Below, piece by piece: positions 7,249 through 17,173 of a stretch of 64,000 nucleotides of DNA. The position numbers were made by a program, and so were the translations under genes. How positions within the stretch are numbered: the first letter of the stretch is position 1; every line of letters begins with the position of its first letter. The stretch is from an uncultured Ruminococcus sp. (GTDB lineage: Bacteria > Bacillota > Clostridia > Oscillospirales > CAG-272), in NCBI GenBank assembly GCA_964621165.1, contig CAZULC010000011.1, positions 438 to 64,437 of the forward strand, written 5' to 3'. The notes beneath the pieces are model-generated. The model did not search any database. It had not been told where the DNA came from and saw only the letters and a list, made by a program, of their open reading frames with translations.

Positions 7249-9439
7249 CGTAGTTCTGGATTTCCTTTTTAAGTTCGTCCGACGGAACAGTTCCCTTCGT
7301 CAGCACGATTGAGGCTTTCACTATCTGTCCTCTAACCTCGTCAGGAACCGCGGAAACGCCGCACTCGAGGACGTAGGGAAGTTCCATGATGACGTTTTCT
7401 ATCTCGAAAGGACCGATTCTGTAGCCGGAGGACTTGATTACGTCGTCTATGCGGCTGACGTACCATAAAAATCCATCTTCGTCCCGCCATGCCAAATCTC
7501 CCGTGTGGTAGTAGCCGTCGTGCCACGATTCCCGGGTCTTTTCCTCGTCGCGGTAGTAACCCATGAACAGTCCGCAGGGTGCGCCACCCGACACATTCAC
7601 GCAGATTTCTCCTGTCTCACCGTTTGCGGTCTCGTTCCCGTCGGAGTCGAGAAGACGCACGTCGTAAATCGGACATGGTTTGCCCATCGAGCCTAACTTG
7701 TGGGGTGCGCCGACTAAATTGCCAATCATGCAGGTTGTCTCCGACTGACCGAAGCCCTCCATGATTTCAAGCCCCGTCGCTTCCTTGAACTGCTTGTAAA
7801 CCTCCGGGTTCAGAGCTTCTCCGGCAGTTGTGGCATGCTTCAGGGAAGAGAAGTCGTACTTTGTGAGGTCTTCCTTTATCAGCATGCGGTACATTGTGGG
7901 AGGCGCACAGAAGGTGGTGATTTTGTATTTCTTGAACATGGGCAGAATCTTTGCCGCATCGAACCTGTCAAAGTCATAGACAAACGTTGCAGCCTCGCAC
8001 ATCCACTGACCGTACAGCTTGCCCCACATGGCCTTAGCCCAGCCTGTGTCGGATATGGTGAAGTGAAGTCCGGTATCGGAGGAGTCAACGCAGTGCCAAT
8101 ATTTCGCCGTGTGGAAGTGGCCGAGAGCATACTTGTAGTTGTGTGCCGCGATTTTCGGGTAGCCCGTTGTTCCGCTGGTGAAGAACATCATCATTGGCTC
8201 GTTGCCGCAGGGGGAGTCGTCAGTCCGTTCAAACTTGCCGCTGAACAGGTTGTATTCCTCGTTGAAGTTCCTCCAGCCCTCACGCTCGCCGTTTACGATG
8301 ATTTTCACCTTCAAATCCGGACATCCGGCGGCGGCAATGTCAACCTGATGCGCCGTGTCACCGTCGGCTGTGCAGAGGATTGCGGAAACTCCTGCGGCTT
8401 TGAAGCGGTAGTCGAAGTCGTGGGACACAAGCTGAGCCGTCGCGGGAATGGCTATAGCCCCCAATTTATTTAAGCCGAGTATGGCGAACCAGAACTGATA
8501 ATGCCGCTTGAGCACCAGCATTACTCTATCCCCACGCTTGATTCCGAGGGACTTGAAGTAGTTTGCGCACTGGGATGAAGCACGGGAAATGTCTTTGAAT
8601 GTGAACCGCTTTTCCGTCACGCCGTCGTTTGCTACGTAAACCATAGCGGGCTTGTCAGGCTTTTCCCGGCCTAGAGCGTCCACTATGTCAAAGGCGAAGT
8701 TGAATTTGTCCGCGTTTTTGAAGCTGATTTTCACGGGAGTGCCGTTTTCGTTCTTTTCCACGTCTACGAACCGACGGTAAATCCGCTCTTCCTTCGAGGA
8801 CTCAGCCGCCTTTCCGCTGAACTGGATTCCGTCCGCTCTCTTGCTCTTGTCCTCTCCTGCGGGATTGAGAACGATTGCGTAGAATAAGCACTCTCCGCCT
8901 ACCGCTGTCATTCCGTGAGGTGTGGAGCTGTCGTAGTAGATGCTGTCCCCTTCGTGAAGGATTTCCCGATGCCCGCCGACGATAACCTTGAGAGTACCTT
9001 TCACTACGATGTCGCATTCCTGACCCTCGTGAGTGGTAAGTTCCACGTCGTCACGCTCTCTCTCCGGCGAATATTCAGCCGTGACAAGAAGAGGTTCCGC
9101 TATACGGTTCCTGAAAGACGAAGCTAGATTGTAGTATGTCAGCCCGTGAGCCTGCTCGATTTTCTGCCCTTCTCCGGCTCTCGTGACCGTCAGCTTGCCC
9201 AGCTTAGGGCTGTTTCCTTCGATAATGTCGGTTACGTCCACGTTGAAGGCAAGGGCGCAGCGGTAGATGAAGGCGAAGGTCAGGCTTTCCTCACCCCGTT
9301 CGCACCGCAGATATTCTTCAACTGTAGTTCCGGTTTTCTTTGCCATTTCCGCAGGGGTGAAGCCCTCGATTTCCCTCAGCTCCGCCACACGGCTGGCAAC
9401 CTCGTGCATTTTAAATTCAAGTCCAGTTATGTTTGACAT
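7148..9439 (-). CDS. HTH(XRE)-cupin domain fused to an AMP-forming acyl-CoA synthetase
   Basis: 763 aa. The N-terminal ~190 aa carry an HTH (FTPAEMAKKTGTTVEEYLRCERGE) plus cupin (HEGQECDIVVKGTLKV...GDSIYYDSSTPHGM). The rest carries AMP-binding motifs (FFTSGTTGYPK, YHTGD, SGKIIR). Confidence 0.85.
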   Translation of the reverse strand: MSNITGLEFKMHEVASRVAELREIEGFTPAEMAKKTGTTVEEYLRCERGEESLTFAFIYRCALAFNVDVTDIIEGNSPKLGKLTVTRAGEGQKIEQAHGLTYYNLASSFRNRIAEPLLVTAEYSPERERDDVELTTHEGQECDIVVKGTLKVIVGGHREILHEGDSIYYDSSTPHGMTAVGGECLFYAIVLNPAGEDKSKRADGIQFSGKAAESSKEERIYRRFVDVEKNENGTPVKISFKNADKFNFAFDIVDALGREKPDKPAMVYVANDGVTEKRFTFKDISRASSQCANYFKSLGIKRGDRVMLVLKRHYQFWFAILGLNKLGAIAIPATAQLVSHDFDYRFKAAGVSAILCTADGDTAHQVDIAAAGCPDLKVKIIVNGEREGWRNFNEEYNLFSGKFERTDDSPCGNEPMMMFFTSGTTGYPKIAAHNYKYALGHFHTAKYWHCVDSSDTGLHFTISDTGWAKAMWGKLYGQWMCEAATFVYDFDRFDAAKILPMFKKYKITTFCAPPTMYRMLIKEDLTKYDFSSLKHATTAGEALNPEVYKQFKEATGLEIMEGFGQSETTCMIGNLVGAPHKLGSMGKPCPIYDVRLLDSDGNETANGETGEICVNVSGGAPCGLFMGYYRDEEKTRESWHDGYYHTGDLAWRDEDGFLWYVSRIDDVIKSSGYRIGPFEIENVIMELPYVLECGVSAVPDEVRGQIVKASIVLTKGTVPSDELKKEIQNYVKKNTAPYKYPRIVEFKSDLPKTTSGKIIRSQL

Positions 9440-9456
9440 GATTGTTCCTTTTTATT

Positions 9457-9975
9457 TTAAATTTTACTCGTGATCCATTTGTGCGCCGCCTCAGCTGCTT
9501 CCGTCGGGATAAGGTGGGTCGTGTCAAGCAGCGTGATCTCTGGTGAGGTTTTGTCGTGGTTTTCCTGTAACCAGCGGTTGAAGTCAACGGAGCTTTTTAT
9601 CCAGCCCTCGTCAGTCACGCCACGCCCGACTTTCATCCGGCGTATCAGCTCGTCTTCGTCACAGACCGCCGCAAGATAGTGTATATTAGTGAACAGTTCT
9701 CTTTCCGGCTGGGATTCAAATTGCTCGGGGACCCCGCATCCGCATAACACCACCGGCTTGCTGATTTGGGAAATGCTGGCTGAAAGTCTCATCCATGTGC
9801 GGCGGAAGTCCCGGTAGCCGTCCTCTGTGGTGTCGTAGATTTTGCACCAGAGCAGGTCCCCCTCCATGACGACGTAGTCCCGCTCGTTTTGGAACAGGAT
9901 TTCGCATAAGGTTGTTTTTCCCACGCAGGAGGCTCCCGTGACGACAAAAAGCGGCTGTTTTATTGTAGGGGTCAT
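9457..9975 (-). CDS. P-loop NTPase / putative small-molecule kinase
   Basis: 172 aa with Walker A GASCVGKTT near the N-terminus. There is a 17-nt gap to the downstream synthetase gene, so they are probably co-transcribed. Confidence 0.65.
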   Translation of the reverse strand: MTPTIKQPLFVVTGASCVGKTTLCEILFQNERDYVVMEGDLLWCKIYDTTEDGYRDFRRTWMRLSASISQISKPVVLCGCGVPEQFESQPERELFTNIHYLAAVCDEDELIRRMKVGRGVTDEGWIKSSVDFNRWLQENHDKTSPEITLLDTTHLIPTEAAEAAHKWITSKI

Positions 9976-10015
9976 GTGGTATTCCTCATTTGAGCCAAAA
10001 AACGCTATTAGGTTT

Positions 10016-10044
10016 ATTTTAGACTAAAATCAACCTTTTGTCAA
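10016..10044 (-). promoter_or_regulatory. sigma70 promoter TTGACA-17-TAAAAT for the P-loop/synthetase pair
   Basis: On the minus strand the site reads TTGACAaaaggttgattttagtcTAAAAT, about 45 nt upstream of the ATG at 9975. Confidence 0.55.
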
Positions 10045-10179
10045 GGGATTTGCTTAAATTTATGCCGGAGAATGAATAATTTTGCGTTTTTCTGCCGCGC
10101 GGGAACAAAATCATATCGGCAGTACAAAAAAACTGCGGATTTTTTTTCGCGGATTTTCAGAAAAATTTCGCCTGAGGTA

Positions 10180-10208
10180 TTGACAAACCCGTCCGGCTGT
10201 GATATAAT
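10180..10208 (+). promoter_or_regulatory. sigma70 promoter TTGACA-17-TATAAT for tRNA-Thr
   Basis: TTGACA at 10180-10185 and TATAAT at 10203-10208. Confidence 0.65.
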
Positions 10209-10292
10209 AATACCCGCTGAGACAAGCTCACATTGAGGCAGGCTCTAAGGGACAAGCTTCCGCTGAGACAAACATCTTGCAAAATTGAATAT

Positions 10293-10365
10293 GCTAATAT
10301 GGCTCAGTTGGTAGAGCACATCCTTGGTAAGGATGAGGTCCCCGGTTCGAATCCGGGTATTAGCT
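10293..10365 (+). tRNA. tRNA-Thr (anticodon GGT)
   Basis: Cloverleaf folded by hand. Acceptor GCTAATA/TATTAGC, D arm GCTC..GAGC, anticodon stem CATCC/GGATG with loop TTGGTAA, T arm CCCGG-TTCGAAT-CCGGG. Confidence 0.9.
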
Positions 10366-10467
10366 GATTAAGGCGGCATTCGTGTAAAAACGGGTGCCAT
10401 TTTTCATTGTGTGAACATTGCCGTCACCGCCGGGTATCTATGGCATATTATATTACGGGAGAGAAGA

Positions 10468-10500
10468 CCAAAACAAAAGCAGAGCGCAAATACGCCCTGC
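10468..10500 (-). terminator. rho-independent terminator of pfkA
   Basis: On the minus strand, a GCAGGGCG-tattt-GCGCTCTGC hairpin is followed by TTTTGTTTT. Confidence 0.55.
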
Positions 10501-10518
10501 TTGGATATTATTTTTGGA

Positions 10519-11619
10519 TCAGTGGCAGAGGGAGTCGATTATCGCGTAGTTGCGGCGGAAGGCTTCCTTCTTGACCTCGATGATTCTCTCCATTTCCGCA
10601 AGCTGCTCAGCCGTGTAAGCGTCGGTCATTCCCGGTTTGAGCGTGCCTTTGTACATGCGGTCGAGAACCTGGGACCAGCCGATGTCAACCGTTGTGATGA
10701 CGCCCGCGTTCTCCACTACTACAAGGTTGGAGTTGCCCGCTAAAAGCTCCTCAACGGCTCTGACGCCCATCTTTGTGGCGAGAACTCTGTCGTCAAGTGT
10801 GGGGGAACCGCCGCGGACCAGATGAGCGAGACGGCAGAACTTTGACTCAACCCACAGTCTGTCGTTGCCCTCAGCTTCGGCAAGAGCCTTTGTCTCGTCG
10901 TTGATTCTCTTGGTCAGTCTCTCGCCCAGACCCGGGTATGCTTCCGATACGATTACAAGGAAGGAACGCTTGCCGTCGCGGCGGAGGTTGATTATCTTGT
11001 TCACGCACGCGTCCTCGTCGAAGGGAACCTCACGGATTGCGCAGGCTACAGCGGCGGAGGCAATGGCGGAGTTGAGAGCGATGTCGCCGGCGTTTCTGCC
11101 CATAACCTCGATTACGTTGCATCTCGCGTGGGATTCGCAGGTGTCACGGAGTCTGTCCACGGCTTCGACTACGGTCTGCATTGCGGTGTGGAAGCCGATT
11201 GTGTTGTCGGAGGCTGTGATGTCGTTGTCGATTGTGCCGGGTACGCCGATTGTGGGAATTCCTCTCACGGAAAGGTCAGTGGCGCCTCTGAATGTTCCGT
11301 CGCCGCCGATTGCAACAACACCGTCGATTTCATGCTTTTTCAGAACGGAGATAGCCTTCTGCATGCCTTCCTCGGTTTTGAATTCGTCGCATCTGTCGGA
11401 GAACAGGAACGTGCCGGAGAGCTGGATTTTTGAAGAGACTGTGCGGTTGGTCATCTCAATCATTTCGTCATGAATCATACCGCGATAGCCGCCGAGAATT
11501 CCCATGACCTTAACGCCGTGAGAGTAAGCGGTTCTCGTGATTGCTCTGACTGCCGCATTCATGCCGGGAGCGTCGCCGCCGGAGGTCAGGACACCGATTT
11601 TTCTGAATTTTTTTTCCAT
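10519..11619 (-). CDS. pfkA: ATP-dependent 6-phosphofructokinase
   Basis: 366 aa. The N-terminus IGVLTSGGDAPGMNAAVRA and the motifs GGDGT and PGTIDND are diagnostic PFK-A features. Confidence 0.93.
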   Translation of the reverse strand: MEKKFRKIGVLTSGGDAPGMNAAVRAITRTAYSHGVKVMGILGGYRGMIHDEMIEMTNRTVSSKIQLSGTFLFSDRCDEFKTEEGMQKAISVLKKHEIDGVVAIGGDGTFRGATDLSVRGIPTIGVPGTIDNDITASDNTIGFHTAMQTVVEAVDRLRDTCESHARCNVIEVMGRNAGDIALNSAIASAAVACAIREVPFDEDACVNKIINLRRDGKRSFLVIVSEAYPGLGERLTKRINDETKALAEAEGNDRLWVESKFCRLAHLVRGGSPTLDDRVLATKMGVRAVEELLAGNSNLVVVENAGVITTVDIGWSQVLDRMYKGTLKPGMTDAYTAEQLAEMERIIEVKKEAFRRNYAIIDSLCH

Positions 11620-11794
11620 GACTGTATTATATCCTTTCAGGTTTACTTTTTGTAAAACTTGTAATACGCTCAGCTTCCGACGCTGGTATACATCGGGCTG
11701 ACATTTTTCTACATTTTCTTATTATAATACTCCACTCGCGGAAAATCAAGAGGGAAGAGTAATTCTTTTAGATTTTATAACAAAATTTTTACAT

Positions 11795-11880
11795 TAGCGG
11801 GGAAGCCCCAACGGGCAAAACGACATTTTTTCAGCTAAAACTGTTAGAACTCTCACGGTTCTATAGTTAAGCTCCCGCAG
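11795..11880 (-). repeat. family-2 intergenic repeat, inverted copy
   Basis: The reverse complement reads CTGCGGGAGCTtaac...GTGAGAgttctaacagTTttAGCTGAAAAAATGTCGTTTTGCCCGTTGGGGCTTCCCC, collinear with the units at 3200-3375. It lies upstream of pfkA, in sense orientation relative to pfkA. Confidence 0.7.
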
Positions 11881-12059
11881 ATCTGTACTACTGATGGCAA
11901 TGTTTATAAAAAGTTCAGTATAACGTCATAGACTCTTCTATATTTTGATGTAAAATTATAATATACTATTATTCTTTGCCGTCATATTAAGTTTATGCAT
12001 GGAAAAGACGGCGGTAAAAATAGTTTTTGTTGATAATTCTATGTAGTGCGAGGTAGGCT

Positions 12060-13115
12060 ATGACTGTTTCCTTCGGGGATTTTATCGGGATTATATGCGG
12101 CGGCTCGCCATTTGTCATTGTAACAGTTCTGCTGACTCTCGGCGTGATTCTTGTCAACGGCTGGACTGACGCGCCCAACGCCATAGCGACCTGCGTCTCC
12201 ACCCGGTGCATAAAGCCGAAGTCAGCGATTGCAATGGCGGCTGTGTGCAACTTCCTTGGGGTGTTCGTCATGACAGCGCTGTCCTCACGGGTTGCGTCGA
12301 CTATATATAATATGGTAGACTTCGGCGGCGACTCCCACTCTGCGACCTATGCCCTCTGCGCCGCACTGTCCGCTATTGTGCTGTGGTCGGTGGCGGCATG
12401 GAAGTTCGGGATTCCCACGTCGGAAAGCCATGCTCTGATTGCTGGTTTGACCGGAGCGGCGATTGCGATTCACGGGAACCTCGGCGGAGTCAACGGGAGC
12501 GAATGGGTCAAGGTCGTATACGGCTTGGTTCTGTCAACTCTTCTCGGCTTCGGCATGGGCTTTGTCACGGTTCGGCTTACGGAACTCCTGTGCCGGAATA
12601 TGGACAGACGTAAAACCACGCGTTTTTTCCGCTTTGCTCAGTTGGGAGGCGGGGCTTTGATGGCGTTCATGCATGGGGCGCAGGACGGACAGAAGTTCAT
12701 GGGCGTGTTTCTTTTGGGACTGTTCATCTCCGGCGGAAACATGGGAGTGACTGAGTTTGCAATTCCACTGTGGCTCATGCTGCTGTGTTCGGTGGTGATG
12801 GGGCTTGGAACCTCGATCGGCGGGTACAGAATCATAAAATCCGTGGGCATGGACATGGTGAAGCTGCAGGTTTATCAGGGCTTTTCAGCCGACCTTGCCG
12901 CCGCACTGTGCCTTCTTCTCGCCTCACTAACGGGAATTCCGGTGTCCACCACCCACACGAAAACAACGGCCATAATGGGCGTGGGAGCGTCAAAGCGTCT
13001 GTCGGCAGTGAACTGGAAAATCGTCGGCGACATGGTTCTCGCGTGGGTCCTGACCTTCCCCGGCTGCGGAATTTTAGGCTTCCTTATGGTGAAGCTGTTC
13101 TCGCTTTTCGCGTGA
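12060..13115 (+). CDS. pit: inorganic phosphate transporter, PiT family
   Basis: 351-aa polytopic membrane protein. It carries the PiT signature repeats (GWTDAPNAIAT; GIPVSTTHT). Confidence 0.88.
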   Translation: MTVSFGDFIGIICGGSPFVIVTVLLTLGVILVNGWTDAPNAIATCVSTRCIKPKSAIAMAAVCNFLGVFVMTALSSRVASTIYNMVDFGGDSHSATYALCAALSAIVLWSVAAWKFGIPTSESHALIAGLTGAAIAIHGNLGGVNGSEWVKVVYGLVLSTLLGFGMGFVTVRLTELLCRNMDRRKTTRFFRFAQLGGGALMAFMHGAQDGQKFMGVFLLGLFISGGNMGVTEFAIPLWLMLLCSVVMGLGTSIGGYRIIKSVGMDMVKLQVYQGFSADLAAALCLLLASLTGIPVSTTHTKTTAIMGVGASKRLSAVNWKIVGDMVLAWVLTFPGCGILGFLMVKLFSLFA

Positions 13116-13224
13116 TTCGGCGGAGATAAAATCAACTCAGTTTGTGGGAACTGCTGTTTATAGTCATTATTCTATTGCCAAACATATACAAAAACGCTGC
13201 GTAAACATATAAAAGGAGCTTGAT

Positions 13225-13848
13225 ATGCCTAAGAAAAGAGGTTTCGATTACTTTGACTACTTCACCCGGGTCAGCGGGATTGCTAATGAAGCTGCGGGGC
13301 TGCTGGACGACCTTCTCACCGGCTTCACCTATGAGTCCGCTCCCGACAAAGCCGCACGCATCCATGAGCTGGAGCACAAAGCCGACGGGGAAAAGCACGT
13401 CATGATGGAGCATCTCACGCGGGAGTTCATAACCCCAATTGAGAGGGACGACATTGTGGCCGTTTCGGAAAAGCTTGACGACGTGGTTGACAATATCGAC
13501 GACGTTGCCCGGTGCGTGTATAAATACAACATCACAAAAATCAGGCCGGACGCGGGGCAGTTCACTGAAAAAATCCGCGAAATCTGCGCCGGACTCAGCT
13601 CACTCTGCGCCGAGTTTTCCTCTTACCGCACCTCGAAGAAGCTGACTGAGCTGATTATCCGTGTGAAGGAGTGTGAGAGCGAGGGGGACGTGATTCACGC
13701 GGATTCCCTGAGACGGCTCTACTCCGACGACTCAAACGACCGTGAGGTTATAGTCTGGACGAACATGTACGAGGACCTCGAAAACTGTCTTGACGCGGCT
13801 GAGGACTGCGCAAACCTTATTGAGTCGGCAGCTCTCAACAACATCTGA
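13225..13848 (+). CDS. DUF47 / PhoU-like PiT accessory protein
   Basis: 207 aa. N-terminus KKRGFDYFDYF, helical-bundle composition, and adjacency to pit, as in ykaA-pit pairs. Confidence 0.8.
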   Translation: MPKKRGFDYFDYFTRVSGIANEAAGLLDDLLTGFTYESAPDKAARIHELEHKADGEKHVMMEHLTREFITPIERDDIVAVSEKLDDVVDNIDDVARCVYKYNITKIRPDAGQFTEKIREICAGLSSLCAEFSSYRTSKKLTELIIRVKECESEGDVIHADSLRRLYSDDSNDREVIVWTNMYEDLENCLDAAEDCANLIESAALNNI

Positions 13849-13881
13849 CATGCGCAGGGCGATGGTTTTACAAAAATTGTC

Positions 13882-13910
13882 TTGACCCGACGGAAAAAAA
13901 CTGCTATAAT
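13882..13910 (+). promoter_or_regulatory. sigma70 promoter TTGACC-17-TATAAT
   Basis: TTGACC at 13882-13887 and TATAAT at 13905-13910. Confidence 0.6.
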
Positions 13911-14005
13911 ATATATTCACATAGAAACGCGTTGTAAATTGTAAAAGATAATGTGCTGATGTAAAATCAAGCGGGAGTCTGACTTCACCGCGGATTGGAG
14001 AAAAT

Positions 14006-15547
14006 ATGCTTGATAACGGCAGAATATACATGGGAATCGCGGATACCCCGCAGTCTGAGCGGGTCTATATGAACCTGAGCCAGTCAAACCGTCACGGACT
14101 TATCGCGGGAGCCAGCGGAACCGGAAAAACCGTCACCATGAAGGTAATGGCGGAGTCGTTTTCGGCAGCGGGAGTTCCCGTTTTCATGTGCGACGTGAAG
14201 GGCGACGTGTCCGGTATGGCTGAGGCTGGACTTGACAACGCCGGCATGCGTGAGAGAATCGCGAAATTCGGGATTGAGGACAGCTTTTCCTACAAGGCGT
14301 ACCCGGTGGAGTTCTGGGATGTGTACGGCATGGGAGGCCATTCGGTCAGGGTAACGGTTTCCGACATGGGTTCCGACATCCTCTCGTGTGTTCTTGAACT
14401 GACGGAGGCTCAGCAGGGCGTGCTCGACATCATTTTCCGGATCGCGGACGACAGCGGGCTGAAAATCCTCGACATGAAGGACCTGAAAGCCGTTATATCC
14501 CATGTTTCCGAAAAGAGAACGGAGTACTCGGCGAAGTACGGCAATATGGCGGCCCAGAGCATCGGTGCGGTCAGCCGGGCTTTGATTCGGCTCGAGGACG
14601 AGGGCGCTGACAGGTTCTTCGGCGAACCCATGCTCGACATACACGACTGGATACGAACCTCCCCTGACGGACGCGGAGTTGTGAACATCCTCGACTGCAC
14701 GGAGATAATAAAGCACCCCAAGCTGTACGCCGCGTTCCTTCTCTGGATGCTGGCGGAGCTTTTCGAAAATCTTCCCGAAGCCGGAGACTCGGACAAGCCG
14801 AAGCTGGTGTTCTTCTTCGACGAAGCGCACCTTTTGTTCAGCGAAATGCCCCGTGCGTTGATTTACAAAATAGAGCAGACCGTGAAGCTTGTCCGTTCAA
14901 AGGGAGTGGGAGTGTATTTTGTAACTCAGTCCCCATCCGACATACCCGATCCGGTACTTGCACAACTGTCGAATCGAGTTCAGCACGCGCTCAGAGCATA
15001 CACTCCGGCTGAGATGAAAGCTGTGAAAACAGCGGCGGCGTCATTCAGGCCAAACCCAGCCTTCAAGGCGGAGGACGAAATTATGACCCTCGGCTGCGGC
15101 GAAGCTCTGACCTCATTCCTCGATGAAGACGGAGTCCCGGAAATTGTACAAAAGACGAAGATAATCTGCCCCGAGTCGAAGATGTCGTCATGTTCACCGG
15201 TCGCAAAGGCGGCGGCAATATCGAATTCACAGATGACGAAATACGACAAGGCCGTCGACAGCGAAAGCGCATATGAAGTTCTTCTTGAGAAAGGAAAAAA
15301 GGAAGCCGAACTTGAAGAAATCCGCCGTCAGAGGGAAGAGCTGGAAGAGGAGCGGGGAAAACTGGAAGCCGCCGAGGAAAAGGCAAGACTGGCTGAGGAA
15401 AAGAGGCTCGCCAAAGAAGAGGAAAAAGCCCGTGCGGCTCGGGAAAAGAAAGCCGAAAAACGGCGGGATAAAATCGAGTCCCAGCTGATTCAGGCAGGCG
15501 GACAGATTTTAAAGCGCGGACTTCTCGGAATACTCAAGCTGAAATAA
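14006..15547 (+). CDS. HerA-like DUF853 family NTPase (YjgR-like)
   Basis: 513 aa. NRHGLIAGASGTGKTV Walker A, FFFDEAH Walker B, and a K/E-rich coiled-coil tail. It is collinear with E. coli YjgR from memory. Confidence 0.85.
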   Translation: MLDNGRIYMGIADTPQSERVYMNLSQSNRHGLIAGASGTGKTVTMKVMAESFSAAGVPVFMCDVKGDVSGMAEAGLDNAGMRERIAKFGIEDSFSYKAYPVEFWDVYGMGGHSVRVTVSDMGSDILSCVLELTEAQQGVLDIIFRIADDSGLKILDMKDLKAVISHVSEKRTEYSAKYGNMAAQSIGAVSRALIRLEDEGADRFFGEPMLDIHDWIRTSPDGRGVVNILDCTEIIKHPKLYAAFLLWMLAELFENLPEAGDSDKPKLVFFFDEAHLLFSEMPRALIYKIEQTVKLVRSKGVGVYFVTQSPSDIPDPVLAQLSNRVQHALRAYTPAEMKAVKTAAASFRPNPAFKAEDEIMTLGCGEALTSFLDEDGVPEIVQKTKIICPESKMSSCSPVAKAAAISNSQMTKYDKAVDSESAYEVLLEKGKKEAELEEIRRQREELEEERGKLEAAEEKARLAEEKRLAKEEEKARAAREKKAEKRRDKIESQLIQAGGQILKRGLLGILKLK

Positions 15548-15607
15548 CAGACTTAAAAGACATAAAAAAATTCACATAAGGGGGAAAAACCTCTAAACGG
15601 TTGAATC

Positions 15608-17173
15608 ATGAAATATTTTAAGAAAATCGTAACATCAATTCTCGTTTCATCTGTACTGGCGGGATGCGCTTCTCTCGCCGGTGCCGGAGCCGAAACCTAC
15701 AGCGGACAGTTCACTGACGTGAGCGAGAGCGACTGGTTCTATTCGGACGTTGCCGACGCGTATTCGCTCGGACTTATGAGCGGCAAAAGCGACAGCCTGT
15801 TCTCACCCGACGGATATCTCACGGTTGCCGAGGCCGTAAAGCTGGCTTCATCCTGCCATCAGTTGCTGAAAAACGGCAAAACCGAAAACATTCCCGCGAG
15901 CACATCGGCTTGGTACAGCGGATATCTGGACTACGCCCGTACAAACAACATTGTCACCGAGGATTACGAAAACTACAACGCCTACGTCTCACGCGCGTCC
16001 GTTGCGGTTCTGTTCTCCCGTGCCATTGCAAACTCCGGCGCGTCATTCGAAGAGATAAACAAGGCTGAGTACGGCGACCTTCCCGACGTTCAGACTGACG
16101 CATGGTACGCGAGTGCCGTCTACCGCCTCTACAGATATGGAATCATGACCGGCGACGCAAACGGAAACATAAATCCCGCCGGAATGGTGAAGAGAAGCGA
16201 AGTCTCCGCCCTTGTGACGAGAATTGCGTATAAGGACAAGCGCATCACTGTGGGAAAGACGGACTCCGGCACATCTGAACAGGCTCAGCCTGACATTTCA
16301 TCCGACGCGGGCTTTGATCTCGAACAGGCGACTCTCTACACCGGTGAAGTAAAGCCTTCCACCTTCGAGGGAATCACATCCTTCGCGGCACAGTTTGTGA
16401 AAGTAGACGGCAGCTGGACCAAGGGAAGCTCATACTCCATAGATACGGTCAACGATATCGTCCTCGAGAACGACAACATTTCCTTCCGGCTCTACAAAAA
16501 CGGTGGATTCGACGCTCTGGGCATTGTACGCGGCTGGCTGAACAATTCCGCTGTGGGAGTCAACGGAGAAAATGTTAAGGAAATCGCCGACGTTTACGCG
16601 GACATCAACAACCTCTGCTACGTCTACATAAACGGAAACCGTTCACTGATCGAACAGTTATGGTACGCTGACCACGACGACTATGTGACCTACGCGCTGT
16701 ATTTCACCGAAAAAGTCAAGCCGTCCGACGCGGCATCGGTTGAATTCTTCTGCGGCAAGCTTGACTCGGAGGATCTGACTCTTTGCGGACTGTCATCTCT
16801 CGCCGAAAAAATCGCCGCAGCCGACAAAAACCTCGTCTATACGCCGAAAAACACAGGCTCCTCAGGCGCATCAGGTACGGCTGGAAGTGCCGGAAAGAGT
16901 GAGATATACGAAACCGCGCTCCGTGACGCCAAAAACAACGCGGAAATCTTGTTCGAGCAGGACTCCGGCAGGTGTACCATTCTCTACGGCGCCGGACTCA
17001 ACGGAACCGGAAGCGAGGACTACAGGCTTCTGTTCATTTTCCCTGACGGAACGGTGCAGACAATAGCTCTCGGCAAGCTGTCGGGAATACGCATGTCCGA
17101 CGGAGTACTCTACTACACCACCACCGCACCGGACGGAAACAAGCTGCAGTACGGCGTGAACTTTGGCAACTGA
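15608..17173 (+). CDS. SLH-domain cell-surface lipoprotein
   Basis: 521 aa. Signal peptide with lipobox LAGC, then three SLH-like repeats (FTDVSESDWFYSDVADAYSLGLMSG...; W..GYLDYA; FGDLPDVQTDAWYASAVYRLYRYGIMTG). Confidence 0.8.
   Translation: MKYFKKIVTSILVSSVLAGCASLAGAGAETYSGQFTDVSESDWFYSDVADAYSLGLMSGKSDSLFSPDGYLTVAEAVKLASSCHQLLKNGKTENIPASTSAWYSGYLDYARTNNIVTEDYENYNAYVSRASVAVLFSRAIANSGASFEEINKAEYGDLPDVQTDAWYASAVYRLYRYGIMTGDANGNINPAGMVKRSEVSALVTRIAYKDKRITVGKTDSGTSEQAQPDISSDAGFDLEQATLYTGEVKPSTFEGITSFAAQFVKVDGSWTKGSSYSIDTVNDIVLENDNISFRLYKNGGFDALGIVRGWLNNSAVGVNGENVKEIADVYADINNLCYVYINGNRSLIEQLWYADHDDYVTYALYFTEKVKPSDAASVEFFCGKLDSEDLTLCGLSSLAEKIAAADKNLVYTPKNTGSSGASGTAGSAGKSEIYETALRDAKNNAEILFEQDSGRCTILYGAGLNGTGSEDYRLLFIFPDGTVQTIALGKLSGIRMSDGVLYYTTTAPDGNKLQYGVNFGN

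Noticed and set aside
7835-8473. Long ORFs antisense to, or out of frame with, real genes. Examples: 7835..8473, 10865..11473, 14084..14830, 16871..17551, 24933..25568, 27128..27718, 34799..35596, 48798..49529, 49699..50232 and 54417..55076.
   Set aside because: They are shadow ORFs inside strongly supported genes. Their composition is skewed (Arg/Ser/Pro/Gly-rich), they lack RBSs, and they have no recognisable motifs.
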